Positions 50,698 to 64,000 of a DNA stretch of 64,000 nt are shown here, in pieces. The first letter of the stretch is position 1; each line of letters starts with the position of its first letter. Under the pieces are notes generated by a model. It worked only from the letters and a program-made list of their open reading frames with translations, had not been told where the DNA came from and searched no databases. Made by a program: the position numbers and the translations under genes. Origin of the DNA: Owenia fusiformis (taxonomy: Eukaryota); assembly GCA_903813345.2 (NCBI GenBank), contig CAIIXF020000001.1, positions 44,454,001 to 44,518,000 of the forward strand, read 5' to 3'.

Positions 50698-52464
50698 TAG
50701 ACATTTCCATTCTTAAACTTCATATCCTGCAAATTCCTATATATTAGGCAATAAAAGCGGCTGGTTTTTATAGTGTATATTATATAAGAATTATGAAATA
50801 AATAAATTGAATTGAAAATTAGGCAATAAAATAAAATAAAGTTCTATCTGCATAATATCACATTGTGATCTAGATAGATAACTAGCTTGACTGACTGATA
50901 TTCATTTGCCTTCATTATGTTATTTGGCTTACAATAGCCAGGATTTTGTGACTGGGAGGGGGTGGTTCATTTGTTAAATTCATGCAAAAATACTTCCCCA
51001 CACTCAAATTACCTCATATTACATTAAGTAATAAAGGTATCATAATTTGATCATTGTGGAATTTATTTTATGAAAGTTTAAGATGCAGAAATTGGTCATT
51101 GGTCTTTAATTGGTCTTTAAAAAATAAAAGTATCTTGTATCATTATGAAATAATATCACAACCATTTTTTAGGGATAAACATGAAGTCCCATGCGCAAAA
51201 GTATTCAAAACATTTTCATACTCATAACACATATCTAGACTTAGATACCCTTTGAGACAGTAATCCATTTAGGCTCATTCTATTTTCAAGATGACATCTG
51301 AATTCAACTTAGTTTTGAAGTGTGAACTAGGCATGAAGTATTAACTACCCTAATAAATTAATAATCTCATGTTTATTTGGTTTTAACAATGGCCATTTTC
51401 TCTATCAAAAAATATAATTATACCAAATGAAATTTGGTACTCCATATTCCATTTTAGAATATTTAACTTGAAACTGGAGTAAATATTATATCTGTCTCTG
51501 GGTAGTATAGTACATGTATTGTATACTAGTAACATCTTATTTAGTCTTGAATACTTCAAAGAACACCAGATATTTGCCTTTAAAAATACATTGAATCAGA
51601 CTGCAATCTGTCTATGAGTGGAGGACAGTGAATTCACTCTAGACTAAAACCAAGAAGACAAACCCATAACTTACATCTTATCTAAATAATCTGTCAACTT
51701 AAACACTAACGAGTTTTCCAGAGCTGATCAGATTTGATCAGAACTTTGCAGTTATCTGGAGGACTATATATACGTTGGCAGTTGTACTATACATCCCACC
51801 ACATGTGTCTTGTATCCTATACAGGTGTATGGTACACTCTCCCTGGGTTAACTGTTTTACACTCTAGGCTATCTGCCATAATTAGACCCATAACACCTAC
51901 TTGTTCTATACATCTTTTCTAGACCTCTTTATCACTTAGTATGGTAGACAGTTGAACCTTTGTTTTCTCTATCTTCCTGTTAATTGCTTATATGGCAGGC
52001 ATGGCCTGTATTTAATTAAACAGATTTTGGTTCATGATTTTTAGACTTTACTCTCCATTATCTCGGTATCTTGACTTAATTATTGCTAATTGTGTGATAG
52101 ATTGCTTGATTAAGTGTGAATAATTTTGATAGATAAGTTAGTCATCTCTAATATGATACAGTACAATACCATGCTCTGGCAAGGACTTGATGCATGCACA
52201 TGTAAAATATATATACATGTATGTTTAAACCCTGGATATTTCAAATATATTTACCATGATTATGGGCTTTCAACAGAATTGATTTGAAGAATTTTCAGAT
52301 GATGTCTGTTAATCTTGACTCTAATACTTAACCTTTCTTATATAATTGTTTAATGTTTAAATTAAAATCTACCTGAAAATTAATTAATTTTGCTCACCTT
52401 TAACGAGTGAAGTCAACATCTTTGAGTAGCTACCTGTAACCTACTGAACATGATTCTGCGGTAA

Positions 52465-54204
52465 CACGGGGTGCCATCGAATAATTTTGGCAACGTACCG
52501 GAGAACGACATTTTACTAAGAAATGGCAATAATTTAGCACAATATATTTTTAACTAGAGTTCTATTTTGATTTTGACAAAAGTAAGTATTCCATGCAATA
52601 ACTATTTCATTCATGAGTTTGTAGGAATTCTGTTGGAACCCAGTTCTGATCAAGTACGAAGTTATTGAAATCGGCGCAGACGGACTTTACTCCGAAAGAT
52701 GGTTTTTCGATTATAACTTTTCACAACATTTAGGTATAGACTTTTGAAAAAAGTACAGAATAGTCCTTATACTTTTGAATAATTCTGTTATTTCTGATTC
52801 ACACGACTCTGATTTGTTTAATTAAAAAAAAAGTTTTAAAGATATTACTTAGGAACGTAACCGGAGCTGGGAACGTAACCGGAGCAGATCAGTTGAATTA
52901 TTTAATCAAAAAAATTAAAATATATGATTTGTAACATGGTCATTTTCACATTGTTTATATTTCTACTTTTCATATTGACCAATCCCCATCCATGTCATTT
53001 TAACAGGTCCCTTCATTACTTTACACCAGTGTTTCAAATATTTAATTCCAATGTTTTCAATTCTTTTGTATACTTTCTACTATATCTTCCTCTATTTAAA
53101 GCAATTTTTAGCTTTTCATGGTGTGATTGTTTCGTACTGTTTTTGTATTCCATATAATAGCATTCACTCACATGTAGCTGAGTTTGGGTGTTGGCCCAGC
53201 CTAAGTAGTTGCTTAGAGTTAGATGATAATGTAGATTGTACAGAGAACGTTTGAAGTTTATTTCAAATAGACTATTTTATATATTTTAACTTTAGTTATC
53301 TGTTACTTTTATTTGCCACCCACGGGCCTTACACTCGCCCCGTTACAGATTTAAAGCACATATACTAATTTAAAAACATACGGGATTGTTCGAATGCGTA
53401 TTTATTACATTTAATTTAAAGAAAAAAATGTATCCATTGTGAAAAATTAAATTTGGTAATTTACCATGCATAAGTGCACTTACCTTAGAAAGGCTATCAG
53501 ACATAGAACAATCATTGTATGGAGAATGAAGTGATTAAATGTAGTAAGCAAATAATTCCATTTGATTTCACCCATTGTATTTGTTCAGCAAACTATTAGA
53601 ACCCACTCTGTTATACTAATTTCTAATTAATTTCTAATTTATACTAATTGCCATGCATTGATTTTCCTGTAAGTGAAGGGTAATAAATAATGCTCATTTT
53701 AACATTCATATGTGTTTGTAAATAATATATATGCTTTAAATCATATATTGTATTTTTTTAAATTATATAATTCAACTGATCTGCTCCGGTTACGTTCCCA
53801 GCTCCGGTTACGTTCCTAAGTAATATTTTTAAAACTTTTTTTTTAATTAAACGAATCAGAGTCGTGTGAATCAGAAATAACAGAATTATTCAATAGTATA
53901 AGGACTATTCTGTACTTTTTTCAAAAGTCTATACTTAAATGTTGTAAAAAGTTATAATCGAAAAACCATCTTTCGGAGTAAAGTCCGACTGCGCCGATTT
54001 CAATAATTTCGTACTTGATCAGAACTGGGTTCCAACAGAATTCCTTCAAATTCATGAATGAAATAGCCATTGCATGGAATACCTACTTTTGTCAAAATCA
54101 AAGTAAAACTCGAGTTAAAAAATATATTGTGCTTAATTATTGCCATTTCTTAGTAAAATGTCGTTCTCCGGTACGTTGCCAAAATTATTCGATGGTACCC
54201 CGTG
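52465..54204. mobile_element. Second family of CAC-ended long-TIR (~440 bp) Transib-like non-autonomous transposon, 5-bp TSD GGTAA
   Basis: GGTAA|CACGGGGTGCCATCGAATAATTTTGG ... CCAAAATTATTCGATGGTACCCCGTG|GGTAA; arms highly similar to each other. Confidence 0.9.
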
Positions 54205-55781
54205 GGTAACTGGAAATGTAACAGGACAACCTTTTGCCCTTAATCTCGCAAGCTTTTTGGTTTTTGTTTTGTATTATGATAGTGCTCTGACAGGGCAAGT
54301 GTCTTATAGGTAGATTAAGGTACAGAGAACAAGACCTTTTAACATCTAGTATTCCCCATAAAACACTGAATGAAAAAATATCCTAACCAGGCTGTTAACC
54401 TTTGACAGGTGCATGTTAAATGTCTTCCAAACACGAATGTGTTAAGTTAATTGATTTTGCCTTGCTTCTGCGAGTTAAAAAACTAACAGATGTTGGTCCT
54501 TGAATTTGTAGATTTTGTAAAAAACAATAGACTTTCAGAAACAATTATGGTCTATTAGGAACATGCTGGTTGACTGAAAGAATAAATCTTTCTATCCCTT
54601 GCGAAATTTGAGAAAGTATCAGTATCTAGGGTGGATTGGTATACTGCAAGGAAGAAAAAACAGAATCGTGCATCATGTCTCACGGTCACTCATATCTCAT
54701 TACCAATTCTTGTGAGGACCAACTTGTGTTATAGAAAGTTTGGTACAAGGCAAGAAGAAATTTGAAAATTCTCAGATGTCTTCATTTTCATTCATGGTAG
54801 TGTCTAAATCGCAGTCTATTATACAAACAAGAATTGATCCCATATACAAGTAGGTCCATATTTAAAAAATGTCTTGATCCAGGAATTAAACTGTGATGTT
54901 TACATAAGTTGGTGCCAAGAACTTTGAATGTAATATCAGATGTGCTCAAATTCTAAGGAGTAAAGTAAGTTAATATCTTGACACAAGTTGAAATTTTGTA
55001 AATGGTGAAGGAAGTTCATATATTGCTTTTTTAATCATAAATAAGTTACATATCATTATGATTAAAAATATACATATTTTTATCAATGCCTGTGAAGAAT
55101 AAAAGGATACCAAATAAAAGGTAATTTGTAGTATTTGTTTCAGGGTAGCATAAGGGATATATGGTGTTCTCCAGCTTCTTTTTTGCAGTTTCATTGAAAA
55201 TATTTAGTCTGTAAAGTGAAACAGGATTATGTTGATTGGTTGCCTTGGTGACATATCGTTCATTAAAGAGGTGTTGATTTCTTAAACAACATATAGTAAA
55301 TTGTCAGTAGTTTCATAAATGCCAGGTTATGATGGCTTGAAAGCTCCCCAGTTCCTAGTGTAACTTTGAATGACATCTACTTTTTTAACTCACAATTTTC
55401 TGATGGGTTTGAATTATTGAGGTACATGGAGACTATCGAATCTAATGGTCCTTTAAATTTGTAGAAGTAATTGTTATGTGATGTTGTAAATGTTTGCTAT
55501 AATCCTTTTAAGACTTAAGACTCTGTATTAAAACTCTGGCTGATTTATTCTTGAACTGTTCAAGTTTTGTTTATTTTAACATGTGGCTATCACTACAGTT
55601 AGTCTTATAGTTCTCATTGTTCTTTTTTCTTAAGTTCACTAGTTTATCAACGTCTAATTTGTTTATGACTTCTTTTGAGTTTTATGACATTTTCACATAC
55701 TAGTCACGTTATAACAATTAAACTGTAATAAAACAAACATCGCTAATCCATCAAATGTCACTCTTTCTTTTGGTATATATG

Positions 55782-58034
55782 CATACCTGCCAACCTAAGA
55801 CCAAAATTTTGCGGTAGATTTTTTTAAAATTGCTGTATTTTTGCGGTAGATTTTTTCAAAATACGGTAGTTTTTGCGGTATTTTTCAACAAAATTGCGGT
55901 AGTTTTTGCGGTAGATTTTAGAAAAAACGGTAGTTTTTGCGGTAGATTTTCGAAAAAACGGTAGTTTTTGCGGTAGATTTAAAAAAATACGGTAGTTTTT
56001 GCGGTAGATTTTTAAAATATACTGTAGTTTCAGAGGTTTGGGGTAGATTTTTGAAAAAAGTGTAATTTTGCGGTAGAAATTTGAAAAAAACGGTAGTTTT
56101 GCGGAAGATTTAGAAAAAATGCGGTAGTTTTACGGTAGATTTAAAAAATGCGGTAGTTTTTACGGTAGTTTTTTTGAAAAACCGGTAGTTTTGCAAAAGA
56201 TTCTGAAAAAATGCGGTAGTTTTACGGTAGATTTTGAAAAAATGCGGTAGTTTTTACGGTAGTTTTTTGAAAAACCGGTAGTTTTGCGGAAGATTTTGAA
56301 AAAATGCGGTAGTTTTACGGTAGATTTTGAAAATTGCGGTAGTTTCTACGGTAATATTTTAAAAAACCGGTACTTTTGCGGAAGATTTTGAAAAAATGCG
56401 GTAGTTTTACGGTAGATTTTGAAAATTGCGGTAGTTTTTACGGTATTTTTTTGAAAAACTGGTACTTTTGCGGAAGATTTGCCAAAATGTGATATTTTTC
56501 GGTAGATTTTGAAAAATGCGGTAGTTAAACCTTTATACAATGCAGTTTTCTATATTAATACAATGTTTACGTGGTCATATTGTTTTTGTTATTGTGAATA
56601 CATATTTTACTGCAAGAGTGCTTTTGATAATTACAGTTTGTAAAGCAGAACTACCACCTGAGAATTATACGAAACTATTATTTTCAAGAAAAATAGATAC
56701 TATTTTCAAGAATAAATAGAGACTTAACACTTTTTATTCTTCATTTACCATGCCTACAATGGACTGACAGCAACTTTGGATTTTAATGTTTCAGCAAAAT
56801 GTACATGTATATGAATACAACTCTTTTACAACTCTTTTACAATAAATCTAGATTGATTCAAAATACGAACACAATATTCATATCTCCACTTTCATTCACC
56901 TTCTAACCAGTTTTTTTAGATATCAGGATGTTTGGAAATACCAATGAAACATTTACTGAAATACAAAATATGGATTTTGCAAGTTTTTACTCACCATCTT
57001 AGATGATCTATCACTTTAACGAATTGAAATGACAGACATAATGTTCATATAACATTGGAATCATATGGTATTAAATATTGATTTGTTCACTCGCAAGTCT
57101 CTAATGATATCAATGTGTTTGTCTGGCACAAATAGAAAATAAGTACAGATCAATTGTCTTTCAAAAATAATCTGTTATGAGCATTTGCTGAAACCTTTCC
57201 CCTGAGACATCGTTCAGATTCGGATACCACAATACTTTTATAATGAACCAAAATTCAATGCTTTATTTTTTAAATATGTATTTGTTACTGATATAATGTG
57301 TTCTGATGGAAAAATACAACATTTTATCGTACTGTAAACAAATTGATTAAACTATGTATAATGTATATTTGGCGTTCATTACTGATCATAACAAATCAAA
57401 CTACGCATATTTCATACGCTAAAACAAATAGTTTTTGTCATTTCCACTCATTTATTTAGATGAAGAGCAACTAAAATCATATTTTTGTTGCATTCGGAAT
57501 AAAGATCTGTGTACAAAAGGGTTTGGTTAACTACAAAACTCATGGCAGAAAGAATTCTTTCTAGCCTTGGTAGTTGGTGTTTGGACTGATTACACGCAAG
57601 CTTACTTAGATAAATGCGCAATAACCTGATAACCACAGACCTGCCGATACCTATTTATATTCGGGTTGGTGAAGGAATATTACAGGGACAGTACAGGAAG
57701 ACTTCAATTTTTCAGCATTTCCCAACAATAACGGGAAATTTTACGGTAGTTTGAACAAAAATACTGTTGATTTTAGCAGAAATACGGTAGATTTTCGAAA
57801 ATCTACGGTAGATTTTCACAAATTTACGGTCGATTTTACGGCCTTTCTCGTGGAATAATCGAGTTTTTTAAAAAAAAAATTACGGTAGATTTCGAAAAAA
57901 ATACGGTAGATTTTTTTACGGGCGTTTTTACGGGAAAAAATGGTATTTCTTTTACGGTAGTTTGTCATTTTTTTACGGAAAAACGAAAAATTTACGGTAG
58001 ATTCCCGTAAAAATACGGTAGGTTGGCAGGTATG
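55782..58034. mobile_element. 2.25-kb non-autonomous TIR element, CAT..ATG ends, 5-bp TSD ATATG, with subterminal CGGTAG arrays
   Basis: ATATG|CATACCTGCCAACCTA ... TAGGTTGGCAGGTATG|ATATG; ~33-bp degenerate tandem array at 55810-56525 and a shorter array at 57740-58020. Confidence 0.82.
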
Positions 58035-58314
58035 ATATGGTATACTCAAACGAGATTTCTTGGACCTTCCAAAAAGGTTCATATCAGGTTTTTACCCTAT
58101 AAGGGCTTGATGGATTGTAATGTAGTAACTCCTCTATAATTAAATTTTGTAAGAATTCATTGCATGTTCATAAACTCACATAGTATGTTTTGTATTTAAT
58201 ATTTTTTATTTTTTTATTCAGTTAATCTTTATACTTTAGGCATGTATTTTTTTCACAGTAGACTTATGTAATCATGTTACGGTATTGTAAGCTGATGTCA
58301 GTAAAAGATATATT

Positions 58315-58632
58315 TACATGTATTACATACCTAGCGAAGCATTTGTATGGAAGTCAATGGGAAAGTTAGCGAGCTATATCCACCGATATTGCCCGATTAC
58401 CCCGATATAGCCCGCTTACCTCGTTTTGATATTAGATTTCTTTAATAACCATGATAATATCATGACGTCACGTCATTGATACAAAGTAACCATGGGAACA
58501 AAGGCATGTAATACATCAGTTATGTCACTATGACGTGAAATATGCCTTCGTTCTTGCCCAAATATAGGGCCTCCCAAGGTCGGCCTATATTGGGAGAACT
58601 CAGGCATATTTCACGTCATAGTGACATAACCT
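58315..58632. mobile_element. Short hairpin-ended element (inner inverted repeat plus ~115-bp terminal palindrome)
   Basis: ATGTATTACAT (~58318) pairs with ATGTAATACAT (~58506), followed by GTTATGTCACTATGACGTGAAATATGCCT ... AGGCATATTTCACGTCATAGTGACATAAC. Confidence 0.6.
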
Positions 58633-59038
58633 CTAAGTATATACATAAATAAAAGAATAATGTTCTATATTATATTTTCTTCAAATCTACTGGTAGTATA
58701 TCATTTGAAAAATTAATCATTTGTAAATGTCTAAATGAACATAACAAAACATGCAAAAGGACACTTTGACCCAAATAACATAAACCTCTATACTGTAACA
58801 TATCATTGTGACAAAGGTTATCAATCTTTAACTAATGAAGTTAAAGTGTTTCATATGACAGACTATTAGTGGTTTCATTGGTTTTTTTCGGACTGTTTTT
58901 ATGAAATAAAACTATGATGGTGTTTTTAATCATTTTAATCAGTATTACATTAAATTGTAAAATGTTGACTGGAATATTACATTTTCAAAAAAGAACACAT
59001 CCTTTGCATGGAATCCATAAATGCATTCCTTTGACATA

Positions 59039-59243
59039 CTGTATAAGTGGTATTTAATCCGAGTGGTTAATTTTCCGAATGGTCAAATTTCATCATTTTC
59101 CTAATTTTAATTTTCCTAATGACAAGAAACCTCCCATTGAATAACATTATAAAGACAATATTTCCGACATTTAATTTTTCGAACCTGGCAAAAATTAGGA
59201 AATAGGAAAATTAAATGATTAGGCAAAATTACCACTTATACAG
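59039..59243. mobile_element. Small Tc1/mariner/pogo-type MITE, TA TSD
   Basis: TA|CTGTATAAGTGGTA ... TACCACTTATACAG|TA. Confidence 0.75.
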
Positions 59244-60642
59244 TATTAGAAGTTCATCTTTAGAATTATTGGATGTACATAATATATACCAGTCTGCGTG
59301 TGCACTATAACTGTAACATACATACAGTACAAAAATCTTTTGAATTGAATTCTGTGGTTCTGAAGTTACAAACTACACTAATATACGAAACAAGAGTTCA
59401 AGTTGGTACACTTACCAATATTTTGTTTTTCAGTTTTTCCAGTTTTTTGTACCTTAGTCTACCTGCTCACTATTAACCTGTCAGATTCCCTTAGTTCTTT
59501 CTCCAGTACTATGATAGAATTTTCACCCTGTGCCCATCCATTTGTTCATTTGATTATATATTATATTCGGATAATAATAATCATTGCCTGAATTATTTTT
59601 GGTCAAAAAAGAATGTCAGAACTTTCCTATTTATTCCTTGTTTATTTATTTTTTGGTTTTATTTAAAATGCCAAGTTGAGTTGTATGACATCAAATCGTT
59701 TGTAAGTGACTCAGTGATCACCATTCTTTACCAGTACATTTCCTCATATCACAATGACCTCGTGAGTATACATACCTTTTAATCCAACGAGCATTTCATT
59801 GCCGGCTTTAAGTTGTTATTGACTTGCTTTCATTTGATGGGAAAACCCTTAGGACACCTCAATGGTGTTAACTGCTTTAACCTGGTGGCCTGAATAAATT
59901 AACATACAAGGCTAATATGCTTGACCATTTTTTATTGCAGTTTATGTCTAGTTTGATTTTATCAGGTCATGTAATTGATTCAACATTGTTTTTTTAGTGA
60001 AACATATTTGTGGCTTTGTATTACAAAATACGTCATATGAGTCAGAATTTTATCTCCTTGTATACATTTTATTTCACATTATCAGGTGAAGTTTAATACA
60101 TTTTTATGTAGCTTTTGAAGCTGTTGAAAGTGGCATTAACACAAATAAATAAAGTTTTAGGGGAAATGCTTCAAACTTTGACATATGAGATTATTTCGGC
60201 ATGGTGATATTTCAACCATGGGGCTATTTCGCCATTGGCTTATTATCTCATCAAAAGAAGTTTAGGGAGATATAGAGAATGCCTCTGTCTGTCCATCCAT
60301 ACGTAAGACACCTCTACGGTCAATAACTTAAAAAAGGTACCATTGGTACAATATCATTTACATTTTATAAGTATATGCCCCATGTGAGTGTAAGTTTGCT
60401 TGAAAGCTGATTTTCAAAATGGCCACTGGATCCAGTATTTTAGGCATGATATGAATTAAAATTTAATTGTATTTTAAAAAACCGGTGGCCATCTTGAAAA
60501 ATGGTGGCCGTTACACAATATTTTACTATTCTTGCTGAAAAGTAGTGGAGCGATTGTGTTCATATTTGATATCTGAATTCTCATAAACATGGTTTAATAG
60601 GCGAAGATCTTATTTCAAGATGGGTGACCCCAGAAAGGTCCA

Positions 60643-61346
60643 TGTGCAGTATGGCAAGTGATTTAAGACAGTCATATCTTTCACCATGAGTACTTTGTGG
60701 GCATAAATACGTTGGTTTTTATTAAAACAATATGTTTTCTTTCAAGTGAAGTACACATGATGATAAAAATATCAATCGAACAATTCGAAAAATTATGAAT
60801 AGGGACCCCATATCAACAATTTTTTCAAAATGTTGAATCTATGTACTCAAAAGAGGATCTTCTTTTTCTGATTTTTATTGCATGAAAAAATCATTCAACA
60901 AGGGGTCTAAAACTTCTTCAAAAATAAAATGGTATTGAAAGTCTAGTTTTGAAGATATCAATTTTCGATGACCAAAATTATGCTGAAAAGAATGGATAGC
61001 ACTAGTTTTCCCAATGGGAAAATAACATGGGATATGTGATTTTTAACTTTAACACATTTCAATACCCATCCCCTTTTCAGAAATTGTTAATAAAGTGCAG
61101 AACTTTCGATATGTTTAAATTGAGAAAAACAAGATCCTCTTTTTCGAAAATAAGTCTAACATTTTCAAAAAGTGCCAAGGTGGGGCCCTAAACCATAATT
61201 TTTGGAGAGTTGGATTGATATTGTACTATCATGGGGACTTCACTTGAAAGAAAACATATTATTTTAGTAAAAGCCACTGTATTTATGCCCAGGAAGTACT
61301 CATGGTTAAAGATATAACCGTGTAAACCCAGTTGCCATACTGCACA
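60643..61346. mobile_element. Older ~700-bp foldback MITE inserted in a degenerate HINE (starting ~60243)
   Basis: TGTGCAGTATGGCAA ... TTGCCATACTGCACA with diverged arms; no clear TSD. Confidence 0.65.
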
Positions 61347-62034
61347 ATGCTAGTAGCCAGACTAACCCTGGGCCACTTGGCTGACATTTATGTAGCACCT
61401 TGCCTATTGCACTTCACTAAAGCTGATGGGACATTGAAATGTCAATCCTGTGTTCATGTTTGCCCCATATAGTCTAATATAATAAATTACTCATTAGAAG
61501 TTGACATTTTTACTTGGCCTTTTACTTTTACACATTTAAAAGCTAAAATATTTTTGGGATTTCTCATTGTTCAATAATATGAACCGTATATATACAATCT
61601 TTTCCACTTTCATGCCATCTATATGAGAGTTTGATAAGTATTAACAAACAATACATGCAACATTGCAACACAATTTTTATGCATTAGTCTTTATTACATT
61701 AAAACTCTACATGTTCCTCTCTCGTGCACAGTTTGCAGATAATTAGGTTGCATTACTATTTTGATTTTATTTTCATGTAATAGCTGCTTGGATGAAAAGT
61801 TGTGCAATATTTGTAATAACTTTCTCAAATATGATAGGATCTCTTCATGGTTTGGATCTTCGTGGTGCAGTCATATTCTATCAATGACTGAGATTAACAG
61901 AAATCACTTTTTTCATATACTTTCATACCTTTTAACAGCCAAACAGGATAGGATTCTACCTTATTTGAGAAAGTTATTTGAAAATAAGATGGTAGTATTT
62001 TTGAGGGTACCGCATATATAATACATCTCTGGTA

Positions 62035-64000
62035 TTACTCCCTGTCTATAAACCTGATGTTAAAATCACCAAGAGGGGTACCACCATATTGAAATTTTAG
62101 TTTGTCAGGGTAAGGTGATTCACCGACATTCTCCATTTTGTACATTTGAATTAGGGAAGTCAACACTATAAACACTGCCATCTTTGTCATATGTTTCCCC
62201 AAGCATGCGCGATGACCTGGAAAAAAATATTGTACAATATAAACTCAAGTTGTGCAAAAAATCACACTATGCATTTGTCCTGACAAAAGTTGATCTAACT
62301 TGTAAATTATTTTTATTTTCAAGTAGTACAAATAATTTTGCAGGTGGGCTTAAGCCTATTTTTTTTTTAATCTCATGTGTGTGCAGCAACCATTTACTTC
62401 AATGCTGGTGATACCAACGAATACTTTACTGAGCCAAGGCACTCTGTATGATACAAAATACTAGTGCTAACATTTGTATACATACCATATCCAAATGTGG
62501 CAAATGTGTCTGGAACTGTCACCTTCAAGCCATCTGGGGCCAGAAATCTCTCTGGATGGAACTGACTAGGATTCTCCCATGATTTCTCATCGTGTAACAC
62601 AGAGTATAGATTGAAATATATCTTTGCTTTCATCGGAATGTTGTATCCATTTAGTGTTACACCGTGCTCCGTGACACTGTGTTCTGCAGTGCCACCACCT
62701 ATCCCTCTGTGACGCAGAACCTCCAGTATAAATGCTTGCGTCAATGGCATGTCCTTTCTCATATCTAGGTTCACAGGCCTTTGATTGCCATCGGTGGTTT
62801 GTGTGATTTCATCAAATATTTTATCTTGGTAGTTTTGAAATTGGGCGGCATACAGAATTAACCATTTTAGTGTGCTAGGGACCTGTTCCAGGAGGTCGGG
62901 ATAGAAGATCACAAGCAGAGAGCGAAATTGTTCCAATTGTTCTGTTTTCATGGATAGTTTTTTAGTCTCTTCTTTTTGTTGATCACTTGCCTCTATTAGA
63001 AGGGAATCTACAATATCTCTAGGGTCATCTGGTATCAAAGTCTCTTCATGGTCTATCAGTTTCTTGTCTAATAGATTTTCTATGTCAGCTGTGATACGAT
63101 CAATACGTTTCTTGAGGGGTAAAAATGGAACATGTCGTACAATTGGTCCTATAATTGGACCAATCAGCTTGATATTATTGATTGCGACCATTTTCCAAAC
63201 TGTAATGAAATAATCTTTGACCAGTTTGATTTCTTGTTGTACTTTGCTCTGTGAATCTTCCCAGTCTAGGTGTTCATTGAACATTGTGGCATACATTACA
63301 CTTGCAGCTATCATTCTACAGAATGGGTCTATGCTAATGCAGGCGCTGTCCTCTTTGTCGATGAAGGTTTTAGCTGAGTTCATTGTCTCCTGAAGCTTGG
63401 AGTCAAAGGATTTCGAGCGTGTAGTGAAGTTTCGCATCATCTGGGCCATGAGTTTATTTTCTCTTTTGAATTCTTCTGTATAGGACTTACCAAAAAATGC
63501 TGGAATTGAAACATATGTTACAGCGTTCACTGTTATTTGATTGGTTCTTAGTAATTATACATTTTTCTAAGTCTATCTCTTTACATATATTTTGCATATT
63601 TTTTTTGACCACCGACATTCTTTTGGTCTTCGTAAATTGAAAAAAACATCTTGTTTTTGTTGAGGTTCATGATAGATAATAAACAAGTTGTGTAATCCTT
63701 AGGATTTATACAGGCTGACACAAAAATTGCAAATCTCTAATTTATTTTACCAGGAAGGTGAGCTCTTTTACCAAGGGGGCAGCCTTTGTTAGGGGGAGCT
63801 TTTTGACAGTTTTGGCTTATGAAAATCATGTGAAAAGTGCTCAGAATGGTGAAAACCGCAAAAAGGCATTTAGGTTTATGAAATACAATAGATACAACAA
63901 ATCAAAAATCAAATTTGTCTCTAAAGATTGTGTATCATAAAATCACATGTTATTATCAAAATGATTTACCTTTTCTGAAGAGTTTCCATCGATTGAATGA
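62035..64000 (-). CDS. Cytochrome P450 (clan 2-like), 5'-partial; exons >64000-63970, 63499-62486, 62216-62035
   Basis: PRDIVDSLL, K-helix EVLR, FHPERF, and heme motif FGYG|HRACLG rebuilt across a phase-1 GT-AG intron; stop at 62035. Confidence 0.92.

Noticed and set aside
62394..63530. P450 lacking the heme cysteine (as the ORF track suggests)
   Set aside because: The ORF runs into an intron; the next exon (62216-62035) supplies HRACLG.

Overview
AT-rich, intron-containing metazoan DNA (marine-invertebrate-like; the taxon cannot be fixed from the sequence alone). 1-18 kb: a near-identical ~9.2-10 kb tandem duplication of a minus-strand CABIT-CABIT-SAM (THEMIS/GAREM-like) gene, packed with nested non-autonomous transposons. 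18-24 kb: TE debris (Helentron-associated HINE, TTAA foldbacks, a deleted HERO-like retroelement). 26-40.8 kb: a 12-exon, 3'-incomplete YEATS2 orthologue. One YEATS2 intron holds a complete 4.2 kb Chapaev/RAG1-related DNA transposon with CAC..GTG ends, a 4-bp TSD, an intact spliced 886-aa transposase and asymmetric bipartite termini. 43.5-45.7 kb: a TRIM-NHL gene with a single coding exon (minus strand). 62-64 kb: the 3' part of a cytochrome P450 with a non-canonical I-helix. Two families of long-TIR, CAC-ended, 5-bp-TSD (Transib-like) elements and many other MITEs are present. All domain and family calls come from motif recognition by eye, not from database searches.
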